DNA of 63,650 nucleotides, filler included, from Bigelowiella natans CCMP2755 (lineage: Eukaryota > Protista > Cercozoa), in assembly GCA_000320545.1 (NCBI GenBank). It is 3 parts of 3 records of this genome, joined end to end, with 100 filler letters (N's around TTAATTAATTAA, not from the genome) between each part and the next. Parts side by side here need not be neighbours in the genome. Positions count along the whole stretch, not along the records: positions 1 to 30,972 come from ADNK01003115.1; 2 more parts are not named here. One strand, given 5' to 3'. Under the pieces are notes generated by a model, which ran no database searches, was not told the origin of the DNA, and was given only the letters and a program-made list of their open reading frames with translations. This document shows positions 14,475 through 28,071 of this stretch, piece after piece. Made by a program: the position numbers and the translations under genes. Position 1 is the stretch's first letter. Every line of letters starts with the position of its first letter.

Positions 14475-14560
14475 GGAGGGGGGATTAGGGGGAGAAAGAG
14501 AAAGGGATCGATCCACTTCACTTACACGTTATTGCGTTTATTACACAACAAATAGACAAT

Positions 14561-14608
<48 letters not shown>

Positions 14609-15521
14609 CATCATACACGTAAGCTAGCAGATCAACTTTTGATCCTTGAGCTCATAGTACACAACAACAACAACTACTACTACTGCTACTACTACTTCTA
14701 CTCACTTTTGCGGCTTTGTAGCTGGGTGTGTGATAACGCTCAGCCTGCACAATCACGGGTCAAACATGTAGCTAATATGTACATATAGATGCTGTACTCA
14801 TAACCATTCCTCCACCGCCCCCTTCCCTGCTCCCTCTCTCTCTTTCTCTCTCCCTCCCTCTCTCCCTCTAGCTCTCTGGCGCATCCCGATTTCACAGCAG
14901 CAAAGGGGCTGTCTGTAAGTCGAGCAGGCGGCAGTGTGATGATTACATATGCAGCACAAATCCACGTATGAACATAGTGCATACTAACTGCGAGTACTAT
15001 ATCTGCTGCTGCTGCTGCGGCTGCTGCTACTACTACGGCTATACTCATTTCGTACCTGTGTAGAGTCCCTGGAATGCCCACCTTAGTGTAGAAATAATAT
15101 AAATATATGTATTTATTTATTTTTATATGGCAAATATATAGAATGTGTTTGTATGTGTGGTGTTTTCGAGTAAGTGACAATATGTGGGGAGAGAGGTCGG
15201 CACTACCCGTTTCGAGTCCATTGCTAGCTCATTAGCCTCAAACAGCTCTCGGAACAACGCCAGGTTCTTTGTACGGCGTGGTTTTGGAGTAGGAGGAGGA
15301 GGAGGAGGAGGAGAAAGAGGAAGAGAAGCAGCACCGTATACACGCACAAAACAACGGCAAGAACAAGGGCGCCATATATCATCATATCATCGCAACGATC
15401 TTTTAACTACGTCAAAAAAGAGCTTTGAGGATGCAAGGAGTCCTCCAATTATTCGTATCATATGTGAAATGAAATGCTTGCACACGTGTTCGCGCAATCA
15501 TCAGATCAGCGCTGCTTACAT

Positions 15522-15560
<39 letters not shown>

Positions 15561-16228
15561 GCGCAGGCAGCTAGCCGCTTTGATCTCTTTGGCGGCGGTT
15601 TGCATTGCACCACGATGCCACAGTAACTGCCGACCTCCATTGTGATGTTGGACCGAGCGATCATCACCCGCCTCTGCTTTCCACTTCGGTCCGAAAAGAT
15701 GGCTGCAGGAGGAAAATCGAAGACAACTACCATGACGATGACAATGATGATGATGATGATGATGATGATGACGACGATGATGATGATGACTACGATAATA
15801 CTGAGCAATCGAAGGGAATCCCACCCCCTTGGTGTAGAAAGCAAAGCCGTCGTCGGATTCAGTAGCTATTGTTCTGTTTTCAACTACGAATCGCATCTTC
15901 TTTCAGGTGAGCTTATGATCGCACTTACCCTCTCCCCTGTGCCCGAGCTGGAGGTATATCTGTGGATCATGTGTAAATACGCTTATAAAACCCGTCGCAA
16001 GTTTCATTTGTAGAGGATACGCATCGAAATGCGATGTGCATCTAACAGCGTCTCACCTCGTTCAAGGCCGCAAGAGTAAGCTTTTCCCTCCTACAAACAC
16101 GGAGCAAAGCCTGCGAAAGAGTATTTCCGCCGCCCAGGACAACGGACCAGCAAAGAGACACAACACACACACACACAACACACACACACGCACGTGTACG
16201 ACAAAATCTATTAATGCCTCTGAACAAT

Positions 16229-16271
<43 letters not shown>

Positions 16272-16844
16272 ACACACACACACACACACACACATACTCT
16301 TTACATATCTGTGTGTGTCTCATAATGTGGATGCAGACGTAGTACATAAACGTAACATAATTTGGTAATCACGTTATTGAGAGCCTGGGGCAGCCTTCGT
16401 AAGAGAGCCGCCATCTCGTTCTTAAAGCCCGCATCTACGGTCGGTGGCTTTCCGATTTTATCTCTATTATCACATCATAATCACATCATCAGCGACAAAC
16501 GGGATTTTGTCGCCCAGCTGCTGAAATCCATCAGAAGCGACTTCGTCCCCCATCTCTCATGCATAGCTGTGGCGCTTATGGATTGGATGGTGTCGGGGCA
16601 CATGGAGCAGCCGTTCGATACCACCTGAAATCCTGAATAACGGTCATGTTCTTTATCTCCATCGGCACCTGACGACGACGACGAGAAGAAGGAACGACGC
16701 AACATTCGAAAATACACAAGGGAGATAGGTAGTCCTGGAGATTAGTGTCGGGTGAGAGGAGAGATGAAGCCGAAAACCATGGGCCGCGAAGAGCTTACGA
16801 CACATCCGTGTCGCCCCCCCCGCGCTGCGGCGCAACCATGCCAC
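10761..16844 (-). CDS. Ycf45-like / SpoIIIAA-family AAA+ ATPase, multi-exon; 3' end uncertain (about 10761-11400)
   Basis: Exons: GIPGTLHR, GVAARVGRVVTG...KSLLLIG, VGKTTVLRELAR (Walker A), VIVVDKT|EIGGAGLEPHYAIGSARW, MLEAVENQSPHVIIVDEISTAEE (Walker B), VRLIATVHGTNLAELIN and LLGGQTNVTLTG, following the Ycf45 pattern. N-terminus MAWLRRSAGGATRMCRKLF resembles a transit peptide. Confidence 0.85.
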
Positions 16845-17280
16845 ACATGTTTTCTAATCGACACTCATGCGCTCACCGAGGCCTCCATTTGTCCCGATCC
16901 AAGATCTTCATCTTTCCAATCACCCATTGGATTTTGCACGTAGGCTACCGACGACAGCGGCATGGATACGCGCGGGTTCCCCCCACCCTGATTTGGCCAT
17001 TTTTTTTACTGAGAGCATGGCGTTCGCGACACCGAAACCAGCAAAACAACGGTACGTGTACTGCCTACTAGGAGGCCGCGCTTGCGTGCGCTCTCACCTC
17101 CCGAGCGCCTTTCATGTCATCCATGTTTTTCAAATTGGCGTGTTCAAACTTCTCCGTGCCGATTGGTAATCGCAGGGCGTTTTTGTGTATTATTTTGTTG
17201 CGACAATGATTATTAGGGAAAAAACCGTATGAGGAAATAACTCCTCGAAGAAGCTCAGCAACACCTCCCTCACGGGCGAC

Positions 17281-19629
17281 ATGGCGGTTGCGGTTGCCCT
17301 CCTCCTCGCCCTCCTTGCCCCCAAGGACGCGTGTGCTGCTGTGCCCCGCGTTTTCCTTGGTCACTGGGAAGTTACATCGGAGGGATGTTCTCCTGAATTG
17401 CCAATGGTACAGCTTTCTAGCATCGTAATTACCAGGGACCGGACCCACCCCCTCCTCCTGAACATCAATAGGACGTGGGCTGACTCAGCTCAGAAGGTGG
17501 TGACCGAGGACATTGTCCAGATCAGTGGGGAAAACGAAGCTGGCGAAATATGTTCCCCCGTGGCGAGTCGCGTCTGGCCGTACAATGTTTACGTTGGCGT
17601 GGAGTACGATATGAGAAACAGCTCGTGCACAACCACGAGCGAAGGGGACGATGGTATCCGTTTCAAAGCCCGAACACAAATGCTATCGGCGCAGCGCCTA
17701 TTCGAAGAGACTGCGGTCCACGATCTCAAAGTGAGCGGCGGACAGGATGCCGCTCAGGAAGTGCTCCGCTATCAGGTCAGCACGGCCCCGACGCGTGCAT
17801 CGTACTCATGCTCCCTTGTGCGAAAGACGGAGAATTCTTCTCTTGCCAGCTCTCGGCGAGTAGAGTCGGCAGCAAATCGAAATCCAATGAAATCCAGGAG
17901 CCAAAACCTGGAATCTTCACAGGTCCACAAAGACAACCGCCACTATTCGCCGTCGAGGCCTTCAGCAGGCCGAGGACCAAGGGGTTCAGACCGACCTGCT
18001 GCCGCCGCGAATCGTTTCCTCTACAATCTCAACTTGACCAACAATTGGACTCTTTCCTCGGTCGATTTTCAGCTGAACGCCTTAGCCATCGGGCTGCAGG
18101 GTTTGGCTAACCGCAACGCACACACGCTATACCTAACGTACCCCGCAGGATGGGACATTAGCTACACCGCCACAGTTAAGACCTACCTTGAGTCTTCTCG
18201 TGGATTTGCCTTCCAGGAGCTCAAGAGCCCATTAGACGCTGTAGCACAAATTCTAGAGGCGAAGGAGAGCCTAAACGTATCGATCCAAGGATATGTAGTG
18301 TGGGATCCGCAGGTGAGGGAGTCGCTTGTAGTTGCATACACCGTCGCCGGGACAAGGGATGCGCTCGTGGTGACCGCAGGCCAGGTGCCCCTCATGAAGA
18401 AGCACGGCCTTCCCGAGCTCGAAAACCTGAACGGACGATTTCGCGGATGGCCCCCCGCGAAGATTTACTCCTGGGCGCGGGAGGAGCTCTTCGGCCAGTG
18501 CAACCGGTCTGCGATAGTGTGGGCGGGGGGGGATTGCCACAACGCGATGAAGCCTGGGGTGATGGATTTCGGCGTGTCTAACAGGGCATTCTTCACCGAT
18601 CTCGACACCCGCGTCGAAAGCGCCGACGAGTATCCCCTGGCGACCGAGATTCTGGGTGAGATGGAGGGCGATTTCCTCGTGATGGGCTGGCACAGCTACT
18701 GCAAAGACTACGAGCATACGTTCACGACACTGGCGTCTTCGCACGGAGGAAGAGTCCACGGGCTGAACACAAACCCGAACTTGAGCTTCATGACTCACGT
18801 GAAGCTTCCCGCCAACTACACCTTTAAGAACAACCATTCGCCGGGCTTGGAATGGGAGAGGCCAGAGCAGCGCGAATCCTCTCGCTCCGACTCCTCTTCT
18901 TCTTATGCCGTGGACAAGGAGGTTTTCATCACGTTGGTACAAACTGACGGGCTCGGGCTTGGAGCGTGGAACAAAGAGGGAAGGGGCGTGTTGCCTTACG
19001 CATGGGAGGTCATGATGCCCGACCTCGAGATCCAGCCCGTATTGCTGGAGATGTTCTATGAGCAAGCGACTCCAAACGACACGTTTGTAGCTGCATTATC
19101 CGGCCCAGGATATATTTACCCAAAAGCTGTGCCTCCTTCAATCCTGCCCTCAAGACTCTTGGCGACCGAGCGCTCCATGAGAACCCTGGATCTGCACCAT
19201 CTCGTAGCGTTCGATGCCTCTGCCACGCACGGGGAACACACCGTGACCGGGGACACCACACTCAGCGAGTCGGTTGTGCGGCAGTACTTCCAACTGAACC
19301 GCACCGACATAAACGGGTTTCTAAACGGCTACGGGCCAACGTTCACCAACGTTTACGATAGCGCATCGAATCGCTCCCTTTTAAGCTTCGATTACTACCT
19401 TGACCCCGAACGATCAGTGGACGAGGCGGTGGCCGACATCGAGATGCTGGCACAGCTGAACAAACGACGGCCCTATTTCTTACCGATACACGTCCGAGAG
19501 TGGTCTACCGTAATGAAGGTAGAGCAGATCATGGCGAAACTCAACCCCGCCACGTATGAAGTAGTCCCGATCGATCGATTTTTCAGACTTGCCAATCAGT
19601 ACCACACGTTTCTCACTCGCTACACTTAG
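17281..19629 (+). CDS. Secreted GxGYxYP-family putative glycoside hydrolase (782 aa, intronless)
   Basis: Signal peptide MAVAVALLLALLA; LQGLANR and GYVVWDP motifs; QTDG and SGPGYIYP (the GxGYxYP motif) in the C-terminal domain. Confidence 0.85.
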   Translation: MAVAVALLLALLAPKDACAAVPRVFLGHWEVTSEGCSPELPMVQLSSIVITRDRTHPLLLNINRTWADSAQKVVTEDIVQISGENEAGEICSPVASRVWPYNVYVGVEYDMRNSSCTTTSEGDDGIRFKARTQMLSAQRLFEETAVHDLKVSGGQDAAQEVLRYQVSTAPTRASYSCSLVRKTENSSLASSRRVESAANRNPMKSRSQNLESSQVHKDNRHYSPSRPSAGRGPRGSDRPAAAANRFLYNLNLTNNWTLSSVDFQLNALAIGLQGLANRNAHTLYLTYPAGWDISYTATVKTYLESSRGFAFQELKSPLDAVAQILEAKESLNVSIQGYVVWDPQVRESLVVAYTVAGTRDALVVTAGQVPLMKKHGLPELENLNGRFRGWPPAKIYSWAREELFGQCNRSAIVWAGGDCHNAMKPGVMDFGVSNRAFFTDLDTRVESADEYPLATEILGEMEGDFLVMGWHSYCKDYEHTFTTLASSHGGRVHGLNTNPNLSFMTHVKLPANYTFKNNHSPGLEWERPEQRESSRSDSSSSYAVDKEVFITLVQTDGLGLGAWNKEGRGVLPYAWEVMMPDLEIQPVLLEMFYEQATPNDTFVAALSGPGYIYPKAVPPSILPSRLLATERSMRTLDLHHLVAFDASATHGEHTVTGDTTLSESVVRQYFQLNRTDINGFLNGYGPTFTNVYDSASNRSLLSFDYYLDPERSVDEAVADIEMLAQLNKRRPYFLPIHVREWSTVMKVEQIMAKLNPATYEVVPIDRFFRLANQYHTFLTRYT

Positions 19630-20881
19630 GTAGGCCTCATGATTTTTCATCCTAGTTGATAGTGCCTTGCATTTCTACTTTGATTTGATCACATCAGATT
19701 TTTCATGCATGTTGCTTCTGTGTCACGTACTAGCGTACTTGGATGAGCATTCACACCTCTGGATCGTGTGCTGTGCTGCGACGTGTGCAGTGGACTACAT
19801 GCTGTGTCTAAACGACTCATGTGGGTCATTATTAGTTGCATTGACATTTGCACGCGCAAGTCTAGTTGGACACGTGCTGACGTGGCTTGACTGTGGATGT
19901 TGTGCTGAGCTGCGTGTTGCATGCGATGTCTCACGCGCCGCCATGCACGCACGAACATCGTGGACAAAGTGAATAGCGACGATCGCTGGTGACCACACGC
20001 ATGCACATGCATGGGCAGCCACATTGCATCGCAAACTAGCAAACCTGCACCACCTACACATCCAGCTAGTCAGCTCCGCTAGCGTTGCACACGCCAGCAT
20101 TGCTGCGTGCTGCGCATGGCGTGCGATGCGGCGCTGTCATGCTGTGACGATCGACAATGCTGCTGCTGGAATGCGTCGATCGTGCACACGCACTTTCGAC
20201 ATGAATGAGTGAATGAATGAATTGAGCGATTCAACAGGAGCGATTGAAATGATCTCAAGTCACGCCTGCCACATGCCATCTGAACATCAGGCGCGTGCTG
20301 CAACGCGATGTTGCTGTCTGAGCTAGGCTGATTTTTTTTGTTCACGAGAAACCACGGCTAGACGGAGGCCTGTCAGCGCGAGAGCCTGCAGAGAATTTTG
20401 GCTAACTTTTTGTCCTATTTTCGAGTTTTCCAGGATGTCAGCTCGACGGAAAATTTTCCAGGTTTCAACGGATTTGGGATGAAAACTGGTGCCAAAAAAA
20501 AAGCTCTGTTCTTGTGCGTGTTTAAGTCGTAAGATGTATTGTACATTATTATCAATGGGACGACTAGGTGATTCCTGCAAAAAAATGTCGATATTGGTTC
20601 CTTCTGTCCAGAAACTCAGCCTATTTCGGAGCTACGGGAAACATGTCGGACGAGAAGGAGATTCTCAAAGCCACAACAGGGAAGAAATAAGCTCAATGTG
20701 GTTGCAGGAGTCGGACAGTGTGGTGGGAAATCATATCTGTTTACACACGAACGACTTCATTTATTTCGTCTCTTAAATATAAATCCAGGCAATGTATGCC
20801 CCACCCGTGGACAAGCGGTATCGGAAGGCTAAGACTAGACTTCAATTGACCCCCCTCTGCTCCCCGTGACTCTCCGTGAAA

Positions 20882-22678
20882 ATGGACTCCGTACCGAAGA
20901 AGGGCGACAGTGGGTGTGCCCCCGTGGAGGAGGAGTTACTGGGAGATAGATTAGCAGGGGAAGGGGAGCCGGCACAAGTGCAAAGGCAGCAGGCCATGGG
21001 TTCCGATCCGGAGCCCAAAGTGCCTCTCATACTCACCTCACCAAGCTCGATTGACAACACACCTGCCCACCCCATGCAGCTTGTTGTCCCGGGGGAGCCG
21101 CCTAAGACGAAAGATAGAACGGGGACAGATGCACAAAAGGGGGTAGGAAGCGATTTTGTTTCAATAACCGTTATGGCTGTTGCGGCGTCAGAGCCATCAG
21201 ATGTTCTTTCTTCGGCCACCACGCCCGTCCGCCGATGGAGTATTCCGGAGAATGTGTTCTCACTTTCCTGCTTGCAACCGAGTACACGTGACCTTATCAA
21301 TTGCATCTCTATTTTCGTATTGAATACACCGCAGGACGATACCATGACGGGGGGCAAGAAAGGGGCACCCCAGGCTACCTCGCAGGGCGATAAAATGGCG
21401 TCTGAAATGAAGGCGCCTTCGTCACTTTCCTCCGAGAAAGCGGGTGCTACATCTACAGAATCATCATCAACAAAAAGCGATCCAATCGAGAGTGGTTGTG
21501 ATCCCCGCACAGGTAGCAATGGCGAAGGTTTGGTGTTGTGGCATCGATCTCAGTACCCTAACATTCTCTCCCGCCTTCTCTTCTTGTATTCTCCCCCTAT
21601 CTCTCTTTTCCACATCACGTCTCAGCCGCAGTCGCAGCTGGCTCTTCTTCGTGCGCACTAATTAACGATGAAAAAGGAACGTCACCCTCGCTACCCCAGC
21701 CACCGCCACCTTCATCGTTGTCTCAGTCTGGCGCTGTCTTGGCAAATAATCTTCCAGGAGGAGTAAGCCTCTCTACAACCCCACCACCCCTTCCCCCGTC
21801 GCTGCCCTTCCCTCTCCCCTCTCCGAACAAGCAGGGAGTAAAGCAGCCCGGTATCACCCAGTCTCCATCAACCATGCCGCCGTCCTCACTATCATCCAAA
21901 TCCTCGAAGAAGAGAGCACGCAATGCCTGCGTGGCATGCAAGAGGGCTAAGACGCGATGTGACACCAAGAGGCCATGCTCCCGCTGCGTCAAACGCGGAA
22001 TGGGAGACAAGTGCGTCGACTCGGTCAGTAAAGGCAGTAAAGGGCCAGGCGTGGGGAAGAGGAGAGGAGGAGATATTTTGACGGCACCTCTGTTCTAGTT
22101 GCTCCAACTCATCATCGATACGAATTGACTCGCTGCTGCTACTGCTGCTGCTGCTGCCGTTCCTCCTCAGGTTCCAAGACGTCTCGGAAGGAAACGGATT
22201 CACCACTTCAAAGGGGCTGTTTCTAAGGACGAGCTCGTCAAGAGGTTGATCGTGCTTTGAGCTTCTTCCCTAGCTAATCCTTGCGATTTACGCGGTGGGC
22301 GGGGCATGGGATTATACACGCGCATGCGCCGCACACCAATCGAGGAAGGGAGAGAGAAATAGAGAAAAGCGCAACGGCATATCTATATCGTAGCTCGGGA
22401 ATAATCATCCCAGTCCTCACCTCCTCTTCAACTCGTTGCAGGCGCAGGGAAAGCGAGGTGCACTTGGTGGCCGGTGGTGGTGGTGGTGGTGGTGATGCAG
22501 CACTTTTACCGAGTGTAACAGCCAGCTCGCTTGCCTCCCCTCCCCCGCCCGCTGTAAGAAGTAACCTAGCAGCGGCAGCGACAGAGGGATCATCCCGTCC
22601 AAATAGTGCAGCTACGAGCGTTCCCTCCCCCCTGGCGAGTGCAGGTGCGAGCAGTGCTGCTGCAGCATCTTCCGCTGC

Positions 22679-22712
<34 letters not shown>

Positions 22713-22834
22713 ATGATGCCTCTTATACCCTCACCCTCGGCTCCTGGAGCCATTCTTCATACTCCGTCAGGCGAAGGTACGGTTAATAGAGAGAGGAAAT
22801 AGGAGGAGGGGGGTGGGAGGAGGGAAAGGCGAGC

Positions 22835-22878
<44 letters not shown>

Positions 22879-23372
22879 TGTGTGTGTGTGCTCCTCTCAT
22901 TCATCGTTGCTAAACAGCATTAAAACTTGACCGGAAGGCCCTGGCAGCCATAGCCGAGTACGGGGCAAGCATAGCCGCTGCGTCGGGGAACTTCACTGGT
23001 TCTTCCTTCTCCTCCTCCTCCTCCTCCTCCTCCTCCGCCAATGCAGCATCTGCTGTGACATCTCTTCTCGCCGGACCCCTCTCAGCCCTTACTGCAGAAG
23101 TTGTTCGATCTTCCTCTATTCCCTCTTCTTCCTCTTCCTCCTCCCCCCTCCCCTCCTCGGCGCTACTCGCTAGCGGGGCGCAAGGTAGCAGCGCGAGTAC
23201 GGCTCCATCGCTGCTCATCAACGCCGCTGCTGCGGCTATAGCGGCCGCTATTTCAGGTCATTAATGCCTTCAACAATCACAACCACGATATATGTCATAT
23301 CGAGGCTCTGTAGTAGCCGATAATGTAAGTGTTGCACGCTGCCCTGTTTGCAGTATTTTAAGGAAGTAGGCG

Positions 23373-23406
<34 letters not shown>

Positions 23407-24336
23407 CAGCAGCGCGGCTCGCTCCTGGCGCAAATGATGGCTATCATCACCGAGTTTCTATGAGGTCAACTAATGAGAGGATGATGGTAATTTGTGTGAC
23501 AAATTTCTTAACGATCAGCTTCTGTTTCTTCCGGGGCGAGCGTGGCTCCTTCGGCTGCAGCTGCCGCGGCTGCTGCGGTAGCTTCGTCGTCTGCGTCTTC
23601 GTCATCGTCAGGCCTCCCGGCACCTCCTCCCTTTCCTCTCCCCGCTGGCTCGAAAGGAATGGATATCGATGCCACGTAATTTAAAGTGTGAAGGATTGGG
23701 GAGGTGGGGGGGGAGAAGGACTTCGTACCTGATGTTTTTGGCTGATTCTGTTTGAATGTGTAGAGGGGGGGGGGGGTGAGCTGACGAGCGGGTCCAAACC
23801 ACAGAAGAGAGAACCAAGAATGATACTAGGAACGAATGCACGCATATGTGAAATCGTTGAAGATGATACTTCCCCTGCAGCCCATGCAGCACCGTGGTGG
23901 AAATCTCCGCATATTCATCTACATTTGCGTGCTGGCTGCGAGCGACGCTGAGAACAATTTCCCTTCCGATGGTTTTTCTCTTCAGAGCCGATGCTAAGAC
24001 GGGAGACGGCACGACAGCGCCTTCAACGTCATCCAAAGAGCCAGGAGAGAAGGGCAATCCAAACGTCCGTAAAAGAGGCCGTGAAGGCGCTGCAATTTCG
24101 ACACTACCTGCTACTGCAGATCTAAGTGCGAAGCGGAGTAAGAGCGCCCACAATATCGTACCAAGAACAACAAAGCAGCAGCAGCAACAACAACAACAAC
24201 AACAGCATGTACTCAACGCTGCTGCCGTTGCTGCTGCGGCCGACCCGAGAATAGTCGGAGGTTTGCAGGTAGTACCCATCGAATTCGCACACACAAGCGT
24301 GTGCTCATGCAAAGAAACACGCACACACACGCACAC

Positions 24337-24381
<45 letters not shown>

Positions 24382-24384
24382 GAC

Positions 24385-24428
<44 letters not shown>

Positions 24429-25473
24429 AAATTCACGATACTTCACAATGAACATTCGCTATTTTTCGCCGTGTTACTGCTGCTTAACCCCCCCCCCCCC
24501 TCCTTCCGTCCCTATTATCACCGCAATCCTCAGGCCCTTCTCCATGCATGTGACACCGCCATGAAGAAGGGGGGTACTGGCAAGAAGGCAGCTGCGGCCG
24601 CGGCCGCAGCTGCGCACGTCGCTGCTATCCATCATCACCACCAGCGGCAGCGGCAGCGGCAGCAGCAGCAACTACCGATGAGAGGGCCTATCATCGCTCC
24701 CGTCGTGGCAGGTGGAGTTCGTGCTGTGCTGCAGCCGTCGGAGAAGCAAGCCTCGCCGCCACCACCAACCTCCACTGCGAAGGATGGGAAAGACACGCAG
24801 AAGCCGGCATTAGCAGCAGCGGCGGTCACCGACGGAGCTGCGAAGACTGCTGCTACTGCGGTCGCCACCACCGAGACGAAAGCCACAGCAGAAGGGGAAG
24901 GAGGAGGAGGAGGAGGAGAAGGGAAATCATCAAACGCAAAGGTCGCAGCTTCAGGGATGTCAGCTATCCTCCCCCCCCCCTCCCACCCCCTTCTCCCATG
25001 CCATCATCTTGTGCTCGCCCCGATAAATAAAATAACATAAACTTCAGTGGACTGTTCACGAGAGCACAGATACTTGATCGTTCGCGATTCGACCCATCCC
25101 CTTCCCCCTCCCCCCCCCTCCCCCTCGTACTGATCAAGAGTCTTTGGACTGACTAAACTCAGGGAGGCGTGCCGTTGGCCCAGCCCCTCACAGCCGCAGC
25201 CCCATCGACTGTTAACTCGGCTCTAGCGACTACCCCCGCTCAAAGAGTGCCTGCCGCTGCTGCCTCGTTGGTGCCTCTAACAAGCCCTTTCCTGGCCAAA
25301 AACGGCGCGGCGCTGGCCGCTGCCGCCGCTGCTGCCGCCGCCGCTCTCGGGGTACGAGCGCCTCCGGGCAAGCGACGCGTCGTTGGCTACGTGGGGACGA
25401 ATAAGAAGAGGCTAAAGAACGCCTGCATTCGGTGCAAGCAGGATAAGGTGACCGCTACTATATTATGTGATAA

Positions 25474-25508
<35 letters not shown>

Positions 25509-26055
25509 TATATATATACATTATATATCTACATATAAATTCCCGGAGAAAAACGCCCAAAATATGCCGACACTAACAAACCGCAACACGAAGGGAACGA
25601 GATGGGGGGGGGGGGGGGGGGGGGCGCCCACAGAGGGGGGGGGGGGGGGGGGGGGCGGGGGGCGGGGGGGGGGGTCTGGGGGGGGGGGGGCACAGGAATG
25701 GAGTATAGAGACTCACAAACGATGGTCATCTGGCTGTGTGCGCGGCGGTCATCAGGTGAGGTGCCAGGCAGAGAGGCCCTGCTTCCGATGTGTACGAATG
25801 AAGGTGCAATGCATCGACTCGATCCCAAAGCGCATTGGGCGACGAAGGATCCACCACGGGCACATTCCGCAGACCGGCGACATTCGTCTGACGGTATCAA
25901 CATATCCCTTAGAGAGGGGGGGGAGGGGGGGGAAGCGAGCTATCCATGCAGATTGCTTGTGCTGTAGCGTCGTGGCGTTGTGGTGGTGGAAGAATGGCAG
26001 GACGGTGGTGCGCATGCTGCTGTTGGTACTCATTGGATAATTATGAACGCATAAG

Positions 26056-26104
<49 letters not shown>

Positions 26105-26992
26105 ACACACACACACACTTCCGTACAAAGCATCTTCATCCATCCCAAAAAGCCTATTGCTGCTCGTTGCTAAATCCACGAAACAAACTCACCCCTCCAC
26201 AGCTCCCAAGCATGCCGGTGTCCCTGTCCTCCCTACAAAGCTACCCCCCCCTCATCCAGCAAATCGCCTCAAGTCTCATCGCATCGGCGGCCTACGGGGC
26301 TGCAGCCGCGGCCGCAACGGAGGGGAACAGCGCAAGCACTTCAAATACTACCACTGCTACTGCTGCGATGATGACGGGTTTTCAGCCCCCTCCTCTCCCC
26401 CCCCCCCTCCCCCCGGTTCCTCCTCCCGTTGCTGCCGGAGGCAGCAGCGCCTTGGAAGCTGCCGCTCCGGCTCACGGGAGCATGGAAAAGATGTCGTCGC
26501 AACACTCCAAACAACAACTGCGACAAGAGGCAGCGGCGAATGACGCCGATGGCTCTCCTCGTAGTTCTGCAGAGAAGAAGAGGCCGTCACAAAGCGCGCC
26601 GTCCGGTAATGACGCATCTGTGCCCTCCCCCGCTGCCGCGCCTCCATCGTCGGCCGCACCCGCAGGCGATGATGCCTTCCCATCTTCAAATCCTCCGAGA
26701 ACGGCGACTACGCCGGGGACGAAGAGTGGTGATCCGAGGCAGCTCGGAGCGTCTCAGAATCGAGACAAGCAGGTGCTGTCTGTTACAAGGGGAGGGGGAG
26801 GGGGCGGGGGGGGGTAATATGATAGTTATTACTCTTCTTATAATTGCGGTAGTAAGTTTGCACGTATCAATGACTTTATACACCATGCAGGATTCCTCTT
26901 CTGAAAATGCGCCAGCAGCAGCAGCAGCAGCAGCTGGAGACGCGACAAACGGCGGCAGCAAGGAGGCAAGGGAAGGGGGCAAGCTAGATTAG
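20882..26992 (+). CDS. Zn(II)2Cys6 (GAL4-type) transcription factor with two binuclear clusters and long Ala/Ser/Pro/Gln low-complexity linkers; multi-exon, start approximate
   Basis: Cluster 1 NACVACKRAKTRCDTKRPCSRCVKRGMGDKC (~21928-22014). Cluster 2 NACIRCKQDK|VRCQAERPCFRCVRMKVQC (~25424-25813, split by an intron). Confidence 0.85.
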
Positions 26993-28071
26993 AAGGGGCT
27001 ACGTGCATAGGAAGAGAAACAGACTTGCTGCTCAAGCAGTTGCAGATTACACCGGGATGTATAAGAGATCTGAAGAAAAGGCACCTGGCCATAAGAAATA
27101 ATGGGCCTCCAGAGGCGACTCCAAGACGAAGAAGATATTGAATAATGAGGCGATGCAATCGCCGCGACTACGGCGAGAAACATTCTAACAGCTATATATG
27201 TTATCTGCAGCATTGATGACTTAGAATTGATCATACGTCGTCGTCTGGCTAGTCGTTGTTTTCGGGTTAGTCTCATAGCTCGTACTCGTATATCCTGCGC
27301 GCGCACGTGTAACCCCTGCAACACATAGCCCGACAGTGTGATTGTGACGCGCAGCATGCTTACTAGCTGTGAGACGGATGTAATGAAGTAATTCAATGTT
27401 TTCAATGGTCATCTTAATGTATCCTAGCTGTGCAAAATAACGGCGGCGCTTATCTAGCTTTGTTGCATCTATTTGTCTTTGTTATCTATCGTGTACGTAT
27501 ACCTCATGCATGTGAGACGCGCATGTCGTATTTAGATGATGTACTGCATTATCGAGGTAGCATATGAATCTATGCTAGCTAATTATACTGCGCTAGCGAG
27601 TATAGCGTGTTCTGCTTCTGTACGCGTCTAGACGTGGCACAAGAGATGCCGCTCGGTTCGATTGGATGTACGTATATATGATTATGGATCCACGCATCAA
27701 GCAATGTTGCAGTGCGTTCTAGTACGACACATCATGCATTGCATGACTTTATTTGTGGTGTTAGCAACCAAAAAAAAACGAGCAACAATGCTAAAATGGC
27801 GCATGCGCATGCTAAAGTCGAGCATTCTTGCTCCAGGCGCTGCGACACATGACATGATCAACTTTTTAGAATAAGCGGCAATAATGTAGAATGTGCTTCC
27901 TTATCGAGATCGCAGCCATCAAAGTAACTTAAGCGGGATTGATCACCAGCAACTAGTAGCCGTGATGAATGCAAATATACAAACACCACGCTACATTACG
28001 AAGCTGTGTGCGTGCGAAGCATGGGCGGCATCGAACATGCATGGCTAAATCAATGCAAAATGGCTTCCTCA

